64,000 bases of DNA from Phoronis australis (lineage: Eukaryota > Animalia > Phoronida). Below the pieces are notes generated by a model. It did no database searches. It saw only the letters and a list, made by a program, of their open reading frames with translations, and was not told the origin of the DNA. Each line of letters starts with the position of its first letter. Within the stretch, counting starts at the first letter, position 1. The DNA is taken from positions 272,056 through 336,055 of the forward strand of contig NMRA01000342.1 in assembly GCA_002633005.1 (NCBI GenBank), in the 5' to 3' direction. The position numbers were made by a program, and so were the translations under genes. Shown here one piece after another: positions 25,792 through 37,782 of this stretch.

Positions 25792-28119
25792 ATTTTTTAA
25801 TTCATAGCAGAGACGCTTAGGATAAATATTAATTCATATCACTTTCCCAAAACTCCGTATGGGTGGAAGAATAAACAGTTAAGTGTCCCAATATTATTTA
25901 GCATTACAGATGAGTCTAATGCCGTTCACCTTTTTTCTTACAGTGAGAGACCTCAATATTCACAAAGGACTTTAGGATAGCGATCATCGTGAGAGGCACC
26001 GTAAAAAATTCAGCTGTTCAAAAATCCCTACGAAAATGTTAGCTATATAAAAATTAACGAGCAACAAAAATAAAGGGTTATCTGTCTGAAACAAAACCAT
26101 ATGAAAGCGTGATGTTTTAATTGAAGGTCCCCTACAAATGGGTCTCTTTCTTGAGTTCTTTGCCCTAAAGGTGTGGATATACTAGACGGAAAAACATTGT
26201 CAAGTACACCCCATACACACCCAGTTATTTGACCAATAAACATACAGTTTCTGAAACCTATCAACATATCCATCGCCAACATGCAACAGGTGTCACACAT
26301 AAAAAGGCACAAACAACAATTACAGGCAACAACAAGATGGAATGTTGTGATGGGCCTCATAAAGAAGCAGACAAAACATGGAAGAAATATGAAGCCTGGA
26401 GAGGGGCAAAAAATGAACAACGCCTCAGGCAAACACAATAGAATGAATGAAAAAAGTAATTCTGTTTTATAAACATATCTTAGACACGCTGATTGGTCGC
26501 GATAAAAGCAGGTGTTGATGTTAAGTGAATGCGAGGAATGTTTGTAAATCCTCTGAGCTATGTACGCCACTGGTCTCATCTTTCACTACTCTCATTTTTG
26601 TCCTACCTCTCATATTCACTTGACCAGATTTGTTTGACAGGTATTGATACTGTCAGTGAGAGCTTGGTGGCCAGTAACACCCCAAGTCAGACACCACAAG
26701 CACCACCTATTGACCTAAAACAAAACTGACAACCAAAAATGCTGCATCACATTGATCACATTTTTCATGCGAATTTGATACAGGGTATTGTTTGACCTAA
26801 TTCCTAATGGGTAATGATGGAGGGACTTGTGGGTGAGTTGATGTAGTTTATCACAGTGACACAAACAATACAGCATAGCACATCCAACCCACTTAGCTTC
26901 ATTTGTTGAAGTCGAAGAATTTTGTCAAAAATTGTACTGGAAATTTCCAAATATAGGCCCATCGGTGGATATTTGAAAAACGACCATTCAAAAATGTCAA
27001 GTCAAATCAAATATACGCTCGGTGGCATTTTTGAAAAAGAGGGTGTACTTTCGGAAACTGTCAACATTTTTGACGTAATTTTTGTAAGACAAACATTAGT
27101 TGTGAAGGTTTCTGAAATAAACACGTACTCTTTAATGTACATAGTTGTAAGAATTTTATTCGTCCATATTTATTTGACATCCAAATAAACACAGTGACTT
27201 AAAACTGTCTTTTACACTATGCTAACAGAACAATCTATCAGATTTTCAAAACAAGCAAACAATTACCGCCCACTGAGGACAGATCTGAATGTCTACAACT
27301 TGGACCACATACAGATATAATTTTGGTACATGCCAGGGGTAATTTTAAAAATAACTTTTTCGATTCAGATCACAACCAAAAGGTGGTTGAATGGCCCACT
27401 GCCAGCAGGCACAGAATATTTTTGTACATGAATCACTTGACAAATCAAATTGACCCTGAACTCAGAAAACAAGGACCAAGGACACCACCTATGGGCAAAA
27501 AAAAGAACTGAGAAGTCAGACAAAGTAAATGTTGTATATCTCCTACAGTTGGCAGATTATGCTTAATAGACTAACACAGTGCTGACAGTTTGCAGATGTG
27601 TGAAAAGACAACAATGCATCCAGCTATAATTTAAGCTGGTCACAACTGTTGCTAAAGCAATTCAGGATAAATAGAACACATTGTCTTTTGGGGCATCAAA
27701 AGTAAACTGACAAACATGATTCAGGAAGGAACTCCCCTGCGACATGAAGGCATCGAAATGCATCGCAGATGCAACACTGTAATGTAATGGATCATAAAAC
27801 AGCATCTGTCCAGCAAACAATATGGCTGAAAAGTAGAATTTTGCTAGTTTGAACTAAATCCCCCAAAAATTAAGATTGAGAAAATACTTGGCTATCAACA
27901 AAGTGCAAACAGTCTGGTGGTCATAAACAACACTAATTTGACAAGCAAAGAAGTCGGCCATAGAAAAATGGCAATAAATTGTTTTTGTGTGAATGATTGA
28001 AGAAACAGACTGACTTATAGTTTGTGCATTATTTTAGTAGTACCCTTCAGTTGGAAGTACAGGCTACCTGAGCAGGACAGCTCACACACTTATATGAGCA
28101 TAGCCCCTCGCTATATATT

Positions 28120-28354
28120 AAAAAATAATTGCAGGCGGTCTGATACACGTTGCACCAGACGTGCGCAGGCCTCGCATGTGGGCCCATTGCACTGATCACC
28201 TGGAAATATTTTTATGCTTTATTAATATATGGTTAAAACCGAGCTGAGGAGCTAGAAACCTGGCTCAAGGGTTTAGCAGTGTGACCTGGTGGGACTCGAA
28301 CCCACGACCTCGAGTAAAGAAAGCGGGCACTTATCAACCAGGCCGCACTGCCTC
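28120..28354 (-). mobile_element. tRNA-derived SINE, near full length
   Basis: Minus-strand head GAGGCAGTGCGGCCTGGTTGATAAG...GGGTTCGAGTCCC has A- and B-box-like motifs. The body matches a second copy at 59476-59652. Confidence 0.8.
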
Positions 28355-28366
28355 CTCACTATATGA

Positions 28367-28385
28367 GCACACACGCACACGCATA

Positions 28386-28420
<35 letters not shown>
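28367..28420. repeat. (CA)n microsatellite
   Basis: Direct reading. Confidence 0.95.
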
Positions 28421-28422
<2 letters not shown>

Positions 28423-28489
28423 GCAGTGAACATATAAACTGGTCTGGTGTCCTAAATCTATTCATATTCAGCCTGCAGGCAATCCTTAC

Positions 28490-28626
28490 CTGGCACTGAC
28501 CACGTATGCAGACATCAGTTGCGCCTTCTTCGCACAGGGTACCATCAGCAACAAAGGGCGCAAGCCTGACGGAAAACAGGAACCCCACCGCTAGACAGAC
28601 TAGCTCGCATTTGTTTGTAGATGAAG
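28490..28626 (-). CDS. THSD4: THSD4/ADAMTSL6-like exon 5: cysteine-rich domain (A)SSTNKCELVCLAVGFLFSVRLAPFVADGTLCEEGATDVCIRGQCQ
   Basis: Acceptor tttttgtag, donor CAG|GTAAGG; 137 nt, phase 1 to 0. Carries the CELxC...DGTxC...C..GQC ADAMTS cysteine-rich signature. THSD4 versus ADAMTSL4 orthology is not resolvable by eye. Confidence 0.92.
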
Positions 28627-28949
28627 CTACAAAAATTGTTCACCATTAAGAATTAACATCGTGTCCGTCTGTATTTAATGGATGCCTCAGCGATTTTTAG
28701 CTGTCAATCAGGTCAACAGATTTGGGGCATTACTAATGCTATAGGAATTGTTTTAGAAATGTTCCACTATTGCATGAGAGGCTATCAAAAACAGGAATTT
28801 AATGATTTTTAAATAATTTTAAAAAATCAAATGCTACATCAAGCGATTTCATATTGAACATTCATTTCAAAGAGAATTTGGTCATTTTAATGATACTGTT
28901 GTTTTACAATGAATAATGCTGCCTCTGTCAATCCTTTCTTGTTCCGTAC

Positions 28950-29850
28950 AATAGTGCACAGCAGAGGTGAAATATGATCAAAATACAATCGGTAAAATTC
29001 ATCGTGGTATGGTGACAGCAAACCTCAAACGAACTCATATCCAATAGCCTGCATCGGCCTCACATATTTGCCACACTTTAATGCTCCACTTAGTGGGTTT
29101 GACTGGCATGTTTTGACGGAAAGTGTAAAGTGTAACCACTCTTTAACTCCGATCATGCTCTCATCAATTTGCAACTGACATCCAGGTTTGTACATTTCTA
29201 TTAGCCTGGGCTCAAGCACGTCAAGCAAATAGTTTTACCTTGAACAGGGGATCATAGTTAGGTACAGTACACTGGCTTGTTGCTGTTTGCTGGAGGCACG
29301 GAGATTAACTATTGATTTATTTTGGATAACTGGTGTCTTGTCATGATAGAAGAAATGGTTCACCAAATCTGTGGTCAGTACTCTAATACATCCATAGTCT
29401 AGGAAAGGTTTTAATTTCCATCACAGTAGTAATGCAAATAAAACATGAATTTCTAAGTAATTGTTGGCCATCATTTTTAATTGGGGTTTAATTTGCAAAA
29501 ATTTTTGATCGGCATACCTGTCGGTTTTACTGGTGAGTCAAACAAATCCTCTCCTAAAAACAAGGAGAAGTAATCCAGTGCCTTTTCATTTCAGGTGATG
29601 ATGACACACACTGGAAATCTCTTGGAAAGCACCTAAATTGGATGCATTCAAGTCCGCAATCAAACTGGCAGTCAACGGTTGTAAAAATTTATCATCTGAA
29701 AATTCATTGCTCAATGAGCTCACCATGAACATCGATATCCGATTCGATGATGACTCGATGATGACACGATGAACTTTAATTTAGCTGTAGATTCCGATAC
29801 TTGCTTGCCAGTAAAACCGAAGAAACCATCATCACTGTCAATCAAACATC
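28950..29850 (-). mobile_element. Decayed piggyBac (PGBD4-like, DDE_Tnp_1_7) transposase
   Basis: Collinear frameshifted motifs DSDDGFFGF, ALDYFSLFLGEDLF, KTDRYA, YDPLFKVK, MYKPGCQLQIDESMIGVK, MPVKPTKWSIKVWQICEADAGY and YRLYFD. Confidence 0.85.
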
Positions 29851-30474
29851 ATGCGATGTCATGGGGCCTTTAAATCCTTACTAATGTATTGGTTGTCACG
29901 CTTCTTTTGCGGCAAAACTGGGCAAAATCATTTGTTCATTTCGAAGAAATTAACGAAATGTTATTCTCAGATAAAATGGCTTCCAAAACCGACACAAATT
30001 ATTGTTCTTGGGTGAGATATCTGGACTTTCACTTGATCTAAAAACAGAGAGGTTGAAAAGGTCGGACTGGGCTGTGTGAAGTCAGGCCGGTAAGGCCTGT
30101 TAAAGCACAAAAGGTTCAATAAAAATGGCCGACTCCTTTCAGAACGATCAACTTCAGCTTAGTCATATAATCGTTCACAACAGAAAAACATTGAAAATTA
30201 AACGAAGAGGCCAGAGTACGCCTCATACATGGTCCAGACCGTAAAATGATTCTGAAAAAACAAACATAATAATATGACTATTCGGAGCTCGAGAGTAAGT
30301 TGCAGAGAGACAATTGCCAACCGATGATCCCATCACTCTCACTTGCTCATTGATTCCAGAAATATTCATGCCACTGTAGGCCCAAATTTAAACTTCGTGA
30401 CCATGCCTTATGTGAGAAAATGACCTTGCAATACCCATGTTACACAATTTCCTTCAAAATCTTAGTCGCCTTAC

Positions 30475-30577
30475 CGTCGGGATATGGAATCCAAGTATAG
30501 CGCCTATTGTAGTATAGTCGACTGTCATGCCTTGAGCACTGGTCTTCACGGAATGTTTTTGTCCCATTAGGACACTT
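30475..30577 (-). CDS. THSD4: THSD4/ADAMTSL6-like exon 4: KCPNGTKTFREDQCSRHDSRLYYNRRYTWIPYPD
   Basis: Acceptor tttgttgttgcag, donor G|GTAAGG; 103 nt, phase 0 to 1 (G+CT = Ala with the next exon). CP....FR..QC....Y.W.P ADAMTS motif. Confidence 0.92.
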
Positions 30578-30641
30578 CTGCAACAACAAAGCTTTGGCAT
30601 TAGGGCGAGTGCAGACGTAGAGTTATAAGCCCCTCAAATGC

Positions 30642-30783
30642 TAATTAGCTCAGCTCATTGCTCACGTCCGAGGTAAAATATGATGTGGTGAGGCAACTGT
30701 TTCACATGGTGGATTTTTTTTTACCTGGCAGGCGTATTTCCTCACACCATGAGGCCGAGGTGAGCTATGTGCTTAGCTGATTA
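30642..30783. mobile_element. Small inverted-repeat element (MITE-like)
   Basis: taattagctcagctcattgctcac pairs imperfectly with gtgagctatgtgcttagctgatta. Confidence 0.55.
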
Positions 30784-31271
30784 CTTTTGGCAAGCAACAT
30801 TTTTGTTGATGCAACGAATAGGTCTATGAGTACTTCACTTACAGTAAGTATGGGTAACCCGCATCGAGGTATGAGCTGAGCTGTAGTACATTTGAGGAGG
30901 ACAGCTCAGCTGTTGTGGCTACGTTTATAGAAGCAAGTTGGTGTATTCCTGAATGGTGGTATATCAAGGCTAAAACGGGCTTTGAAGTAAAACAGATAGA
31001 AAAGTAGGGCAGAAATTCCCCCCAGGCTCTTACAAAGTACGGTGAGTACACCAAAGGGTATTAGGTAGTCACAAAACCAGTCTCTCAGCAGTAGTGAAGC
31101 CACAAAATGTGGCCTCTGCAAATTAACGCCGATGCCACTCAGATCTGAATCCGGCAGACTAAGTTGAGAGTCGAGACACCCGAGACAGAAAGAGTGATAA
31201 ATTGCAAGGCACTCACCAAAAAGTTGGCAAATTGACTTTGCTTTTTCATTGGTAGTTGTACCCTGAATTAA

Positions 31272-31563
31272 CCAATGGCAACTTGGTGCATGGCCAGCAT
31301 GGGCCTAAAGTGAATTTAACCTTTCTCAATGCAAGTGAAGATCGCCAACGGCAACTCAGTGCGTGGCTAGCACAGGCCTAAAGTGGACTTAACCTTTCTC
31401 ACTGCAAGCGAAGATCGCCAGTGGCAAGTTGGTGTATGACTAGCATAAGCTTAAAGTAAATTTAACCTTTCTCACTGCAGGCAAAGATCGCCAGTGGCAA
31501 GTTGGTGTATGGCTAGAATAGGCCTAAAGTAAATTTAACCTTTCTCACTGCAGGTACAGATCA
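31272..31563. repeat. 73-bp tandem repeat x4
   Basis: AACCTTTCTC recurs at 31318, 31391, 31464 and 31537. Confidence 0.9.
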
Positions 31564-31841
31564 CAACTGTGCAGCTTCACAGATTACAAGTATCTCAAGA
31601 CAGGGAAATCAAACTTAGCGCATTGTATGAAGTCATAGATTTGCGGTTCACATACGCAGTCATTTATACACAAAATTTTAAGAAAATATACGTAATACAC
31701 TGGAAAATCCATGATATCATCATGGGGGTCCAACCTCAATGTACCAAAGACAGACATACCCCATAGTCCTAAAAATGGTTTGCCCCTCCAAAATCTGCCT
31801 ATGTTGTATATAATGAAAAAAAATCATGAAATTTTACTTGC

Positions 31842-31920
31842 CTGTATGTTGCATGGACGAAACTGTTTATACGGTCCAGCACAACTTGTCTTCTTTGACC
31901 TAACATTGCTTGTATCAGAT
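31842..31920 (-). CDS. THSD4: THSD4/ADAMTSL6-like exon 3: (G)SDTSNVRSKKTSCAGPYKQFRPCNIQ, C-terminal half of TSP1 repeat; GC donor
   Basis: Acceptor ccgttccag (other same-phase AGs lie nearby, so the 5' boundary is less certain). 79 nt, phase 2 to 0, donor CAG|GCAAGT. Supplies the missing C.G....R.CN of TSR1. Confidence 0.85.
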
Positions 31921-31969
31921 CTGGAACGGTATAATATCCTGAAGTCCTTGATGTACTACAACAAATTGT

Positions 31970-32360
31970 TGTAGAGCGTGTAGTCAACCTGTCTTGTGAA
32001 CCAAGCACGCGTGTTGTCCTGGTGACTCCAACTGGGGTTCCTGACTTTTCTGTGTTTATTTGATATATTTCACTATTGGACAACCTCAGTGTCTATGTAT
32101 ATTCACTAATTAAAACATACTGGCAAATTGCTGATTATATAATTGTCCAAATCTCATGAGGAAAAGGTGAAATGCTGCTCACAGCATGTACGACATAACA
32201 GTTGGCAGCAAACAGTAATTGCACAGATATCGAGTCCTCAGTAACTCAATAGTAAGAGCACTAGACCGGCAATCTAGAGACCTGTGGTTTAATTCCGAGT
32301 TAGGGTTTCTGACTTTTCTGTGTTTATTTCACTATTGGCCAACCTCAGCGTCTATATATT
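31970..32360 (+). mobile_element. Two decayed copies of a short tRNA-like SINE
   Basis: 32234-32305 is tRNA-like (GTAACTCAATAGTAAGAGCA CTAGA-ccggcaa-TCTAG ... GGTTTAATTCC). The tail ctgacttttctgtgtttattt...cactattgg.caacctcag occurs at ~32040 and ~32310. Confidence 0.6.
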
Positions 32361-33550
32361 TACTGTTTTAACAAGGGTGAACTCTTACTACAGGTCATCA
32401 CCTTGACAACCCATCGGCAAGACTGGCTAATCATTCCCCTTTTTAACCTTTCAAAGATCAGTAAAAAGTACTTTTCTGGTGAATTACTGTTCATTCACAG
32501 CACTTCAATTGACAGTATTTGATCGCATGAGTTTTTTGTTACGAAATCAGGCAGTGTGGTGAATTATTATATATGGTGCGTCTCAGATGCAACAGAGGTC
32601 TCCCTAGATCTTGTCTAGTCGCTTGTATTATTTTTAGTCAATGAGATGTGTCACCTGCAAAGCATTCTCTTACAGACATTTTGATGCTAGTGGTTACACA
32701 CAATATCTCTTCAGCTCTTTAGGTCTAATCACAGTTTTGTCATAACCAATCTGTTATTTCCAGGTTACCATTTCCTGACACATCAATAGGTATAATTCAA
32801 TTTATCACCAAGTAAATCAGATAGGCATAAAGTCTCAGAATAGGAACATCACAAGACCGAAAATATCTCTCAAGAGAAACCTAACATGAACATCACCATG
32901 CATTATTCAAGCATCAGTGGTTGGATTTCAACCTTAAGTAAAAATCATGGTTGGAGAGTTGCCAAAATCTCGGGCGGAAAACGCCCCCGGTTTAGTAGCG
33001 GCTTTAAAAGCTGATGGCAAAGTCACATGCTCCCCAAAGGATTGCAACATTTTAGGCTACAAAGTGCAATGTGAAGTTCAGCTCATTGACTAACGGAAAA
33101 GTTGATTAATTACACAGTTAGGTTTTGGCACAAACTTCTCTCAGAAAAATAACCCGGGCGACAGATTGTTTAATCTCAACACTAAGAATAGTTATGCAAC
33201 AACTAAATATGAATTATCAAAACTCTTTATATGCATTTTTGGCATAAAGCATTAATCTTAATTCACATGGTGTCAAACAAGGACACTCACTCAGTCATGT
33301 TTGCTTGAATGCAAGGAATTCATTGAAATTGAAATTTACAGGCATGGTGAATTGATTTATTATCAAGGAGTTTACCGGGTGAACATTGGTGACGAGTGCT
33401 CTGACCAATCGATAATGAGTTCGCAGAATGAAGAGCAAAAATTGGTTTATTTGACTGACTTATAAATATATGCTGCCTGATCACCGCCCAAGGGCAAGGT
33501 CACATTCATTGTCAAATTGAATGGTAAATACCGTCAGAGGTCCTGAAGTC

Positions 33551-34130
33551 ATGAGTGCCCTAAAGTCATGAACGATTTTATTTCCTCTTCTGCGCGGTCC
33601 TGCGACATCTGGCGTTGAAGTTTCCAGCGATCATCTGCTTACGAACGTCAAACGAATACCCGGACGTGTTCGTATTCACAATATGATAACAAACAGTGAG
33701 TGAGTGGCTTCTTTTTTCAAATGTATCTTAAAAACAGCATATTTCACTAATTCACTTTTTGGGCATTTTGGGATATATTTTCGAAAATATTTATCATTCA
33801 GATTTACTCAAACATGCGCTCCAGGGGTAGCTTGAACAATGTATCAAAATGTCCCAGGATCGATCAAGTTTTGTAAGGCCAAAGCAATAAAATACAGAGC
33901 GATAATTTATGCTGGGTTCTTAGCGTTTTACGTGAACAACCTCATTGAAAACGTCTGTGCACATCAAAGTTGGGTGCAAAACATATAACAATTTCAACTG
34001 AAACTGAATTAATAAACAATGCAATGCATTTTATGTCATCTAGAGTAATTGTAAGCACTGTAGTTGACTGGTGTGATCATACTTCGTGCATTTCCATCTA
34101 AACGAAACGTTCACGACTTTAGGGCCTCAT
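33551..34130. mobile_element. TIR non-autonomous DNA element (~580 bp)
   Basis: ATGAGTGCCCTAAAGTCATGAACG and CGTTCACGACTTTAGGGCCTCAT are inverted repeats. Confidence 0.65.
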
Positions 34131-35002
34131 TCAAAATGGCCCGCGATATCAGCAACCGTTTTAAAACTCTGCTTACGGATACAAACAAGGATTAAGATTG
34201 TCAAAACACGTATATTTGTGAAGGCTGATATATGTCCATGACATCACATGAGCAGTTGCTAACGGAAATTGGGTAGTATGACAATCAAGTGCTTATTATG
34301 CTTATATTAACGACTTTAGCCTAGGTCACCGGTGTCGGTGTGAACCCCTGCCTGGCAGCATATATGCTGAGCAACCACAACAGCATAGATTTTCTGAACA
34401 CTTTCGTCTTAATTCTTATGTGTTATAAATAGTTATGGTGACAAACCACGTGACTGATGAAAAGCGTTATCTGTTTGTGGTAAAGGTTTTCGATGAGCGG
34501 GTACCTTATGCTTTCTCGACAGTGACAGTGACAAATTAGCCGGACTCGACTGGGAAGTGTGACAGATTCAAAAAGCCCGCGCCAATTCTACTTAAAATCT
34601 AAGATATAAAGACAAAAATGATTATGGTAGCCAATGAATGAATACCTTTTAAGCTCCGCATTATTACTGGAAATGTGCCTTTTTCATGCACAAATAGTGT
34701 ACACTGTATCATCCACAAAAGTGAAACTTCACAGCAAATTCAGCAAAGTACAACACAACGGAACACTTCCGCACTGCTAGCGCTTCTTGTGGTCAATTGT
34801 TAAACCAGCTTGCCGGTAATGTAAGTAACTTAAATAAATAAAGTGCAAAACAAAATATTTACTCGCCCTATATTACGGGATAGCAGATAAATTTTGTATA
34901 TTTAATCAAAAGTTTAAATGAAATATCTTAAAAATTCGTGAGACACAAGTAAATAACTTTTAGTTTATTAAGTATTATAAAATCTCTTCACTGTATCAGG
35001 AA

Positions 35003-35089
35003 CTCGCGATAGCTCAGTTGGTAGAGCGGAGGACTGTAGCTGGTCAAATGGCAATCCTTAGGTCGATGGTTCAAATCCGTCTCGCGAGA
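35003..35089 (+). tRNA. tRNA-Tyr-GTA: tRNA-Tyr(GTA) with 14-nt intron (35040-35053)
   Basis: Acceptor stem CTCGCGA/TCGCGAG, discriminator A, A box TAGCTCAGTTGG, B box GGTTCAAATCC, anticodon GTA at 35036-35038, intron at canonical 37/38, T7 terminator at 35091. Confidence 0.95.
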
Positions 35090-35539
35090 ATTTTTTTCTC
35101 CACTGTTCGCTTTTTTTCGAGTAATAAATTGATAACATGGAGTTTCGACAACTAAGGACTAGTCTGTAATCAATAGTTAGATAAAGAAACAAAAGTTCCC
35201 CGGATTATGTAGTCAGCACAAGCATCGACGCCACAAGCAGCGCAGCAGTTAATTTCAGTAATAGTATCAGGAAGTCAGTGACCAGGGAATGACTTCCTAA
35301 CATAATTTATTTTATGCTAGGAACAAGTAAACTGTACCAATAATTATCAGCAGCGCAAACGATTTAATGATTGCAAGTCGATCCTCCTATTTTACTCAGG
35401 TGCGCCCACGCTTGTTGCAAAAACTAGTTTCTTCATTACTATCGTGCCCAGGCTTGTAATATTAACTGTCAGACACGGGAGGATAGACATAACTTTTGGC
35501 TAACACATGAGATACATTCAGCCTCCCAAGCATACTTAC

Positions 35540-35688
35540 CCGGCGGTCGTGCTATTTTTTCTCACGGCAGCCATGTTGCATTTCCTTGTCCTGTAGGTCA
35601 CCCCCGTGGAGCAAGCTCTGTTACACTTCGTCCACCCGGACCATGCGCCCCATTCTACTAGTACTACCTCGCCATCGGCACTCTTGGG
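35540..35688 (-). CDS. THSD4: THSD4/ADAMTSL6-like exon 2: PKSADGEVVLVEWGAWSGWTKCNRACSTGVTYRTRKCNMAAVRKNSTTA(G), N-terminal half of TSP1 repeat
   Basis: Acceptor ttcaattttcag, donor GG|GTAAGT; 149 nt, phase 0 to 2. WxxWxxW-C...C..G...R.R.C thrombospondin type-1 signature. Confidence 0.93.
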
Positions 35689-37782
35689 CTGAAAATTGAA
35701 GCGAGTACGTGATATCGGACAGTTGCTATTTACCACGAGAGGTCCAGCGTGAAGAAACTTTGAATTTTTCTGTGAAATACTTAGCACAACAAGGGGCAAG
35801 AATTAATTTTGAACATTTGGCGGTGACTCAGATGGCTAGAAAATCTGAACACATGCGTCATTCGACAATCCTGCTGCGCAAACAGAACGACGTTGAAGGC
35901 GCACTGTTCAGCATTTTGGTTTTGTCTGTTTATAAAAAAGAAATAATTAATAAAATCAAGCCTATGTAAGTGGTTCCCAGTTTGAATCGATTTTTCGAAA
36001 ATTTGAAGTTGATACATGTAGCTTTCCTAAAATTACTCAACTGCTCACCGGCTGCGAGTGTTTGCAGAACAACGGCGGCGGACACGTGGAGAAAATTGTA
36101 ATTAGGCAATAAAACGGTAACGACTCAACACTATATTTTTGTAAATTGGAAGAAATGTCATCCACCCAGAGTAGTTTCAGTTTTAAAGTTCGTTACTGAT
36201 ATCTTGTTAACAATTAGAGTTACTTAAGAGGGAAAAGTTTCACTGCCTATTAAACTGGGCAGTTTGGAAAATATGTGAAAAGGTAAAGTTGTCACGATTG
36301 CAAAAATAACACAAAACGTCAGCTTCATAGCTTCATACGTTTAGGTTGTGAGAGTGTTCAAAGATGGTGGTCTAAATTTAATCATTTATAGACACGTTAT
36401 GCTTGGTATTTTGATTACAGATCCACGTATTTAAATATTTTATATTAAATAAAATGTAATGGCTTTTCAAGTACAGTAATGTACACTTTAGATCGCAAAC
36501 ATTTTTAAGTCTGTTGGACCGCCACCTGATCTACATCCCCACGTTGGTTTAAGATTTAAATTTTGAGGGTACGAAGAAAATAACTGGTTTGCCAAAAAGA
36601 AACAAATCGTAATATTTTCGTAGTACTTTCAATTGTCATTTCAATGTCAAGACTTAGAAAACAAAGATGAAATGTACGACAATCCGTGTTACTTTCGAAT
36701 GAGTCCACGTCATTGAATTCCATGTCCACCAAAATAACGCCACTAACAAAAATCAACGCTACTGTCGATCTTTGACGGGCAGCAAACGAGAAAGAGATGT
36801 TAGTAGTGTAACTTTAAAAAGTAAAATCTTCCATAACAAAAACATGAAGACCACGAAAAATGTCGCGTGTACAACACTAAACAAACTGTAGACGTTCTTT
36901 TTCTTAATTCAAAGCATCGTCAGTGCGAAACGGACACCACTGATTTAGATGAAGACTGCAGAACCATCATTTTTGGTACTCTGGGCTCACTGCAGTCAGT
37001 TTCACTGATTGGCTAACTATTTTCTAGTGCCCTCCTCGGAAGTACCTGTACTGAGACTGAATATGCAATTTCAGACTCTATAACAAACTACAGTTCAGTC
37101 CAAAAGGGTTAACAATCAATCGTAGGGAACGCGATTAACTGATCCGGTCTTTGAAAACTGAAACTTATGCAAAATTAAATATGATAGTTTGAGGAAACAA
37201 ACAAAATAATAATCTAACTCATTCTTACAGTAACCCCAATAACGCTTTGTGCTGTTTTGCCAATAAAATTCGACAAAATTATTTAAAATACTTCTAACAC
37301 GTTTCCGTCCCGAGAGTCTAAAGCCATGGAACATTCGTATGGCCGGGATGGGGATGACATTCGGATTTAAAACGACCAAATCTACAAAATAGATTTCAAC
37401 TCAGTAATTTTTTTTTATTGTAAGAAACTAACTGGGAACATTTTTTTAGTAAAATTTATCAAAAATGTACTGTAGCATTCATTAATGACATCTAGCAAAA
37501 CCACTGAAGTTAGTCCTAAAATGACATCCGATACTGAGGCCCGGCGGGCCGGTTCACGATGGGAAATCCCACTAAACCGACCCGTTAGTTTTTGTTTTGC
37601 GCACATTTGTTTTACATGAAAATCATAGAAATCCCTTTCAGCAAGTTGAACGCACCAAGCTGAACATTTTAATAACAGGCTAAATTCCCCGCCAAGACGG
37701 CCGGGCGAGAGTTTGAGTTGGATTGCCGCGGCACTGACTGGATGCGCGCGGCAGCATAAAAAACGAGGGTCTCACATTTCAG

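Noticed and set aside
26043-26579. 178-aa Cys/Phe-rich ORF
   Set aside because: No recognisable domain. Composition reflects an A-rich opposite strand.
26600-26714. Candidate next exon after ...GQCQ (ttttag|G TCA ATA GGT GGT GCT TGT GGT GTC, 'SIGGACGV')
   Set aside because: The SIG..CGV-like frame is the wrong phase and stops at once. The phase-0 frame has no ADAMTS similarity.
28281-28354. tRNA-like sequence on the minus strand
   Set aside because: No proper cloverleaf. It is the head of a SINE whose body recurs at 59.5 kb.
31217-31262. Phase-compatible mini-exon (VQLPMKKQSQFANFL, donor GTGAGT)
   Set aside because: No TSP1 cysteines. The 31920-31842 exon completes the domain far better.
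36049-36165. Donor CCG|GTGAGC just upstream of exon 2
   Set aside because: The phase-0 frame has no ATG or signal peptide and no clear acceptor. It cannot be supported as coding (could be UTR).
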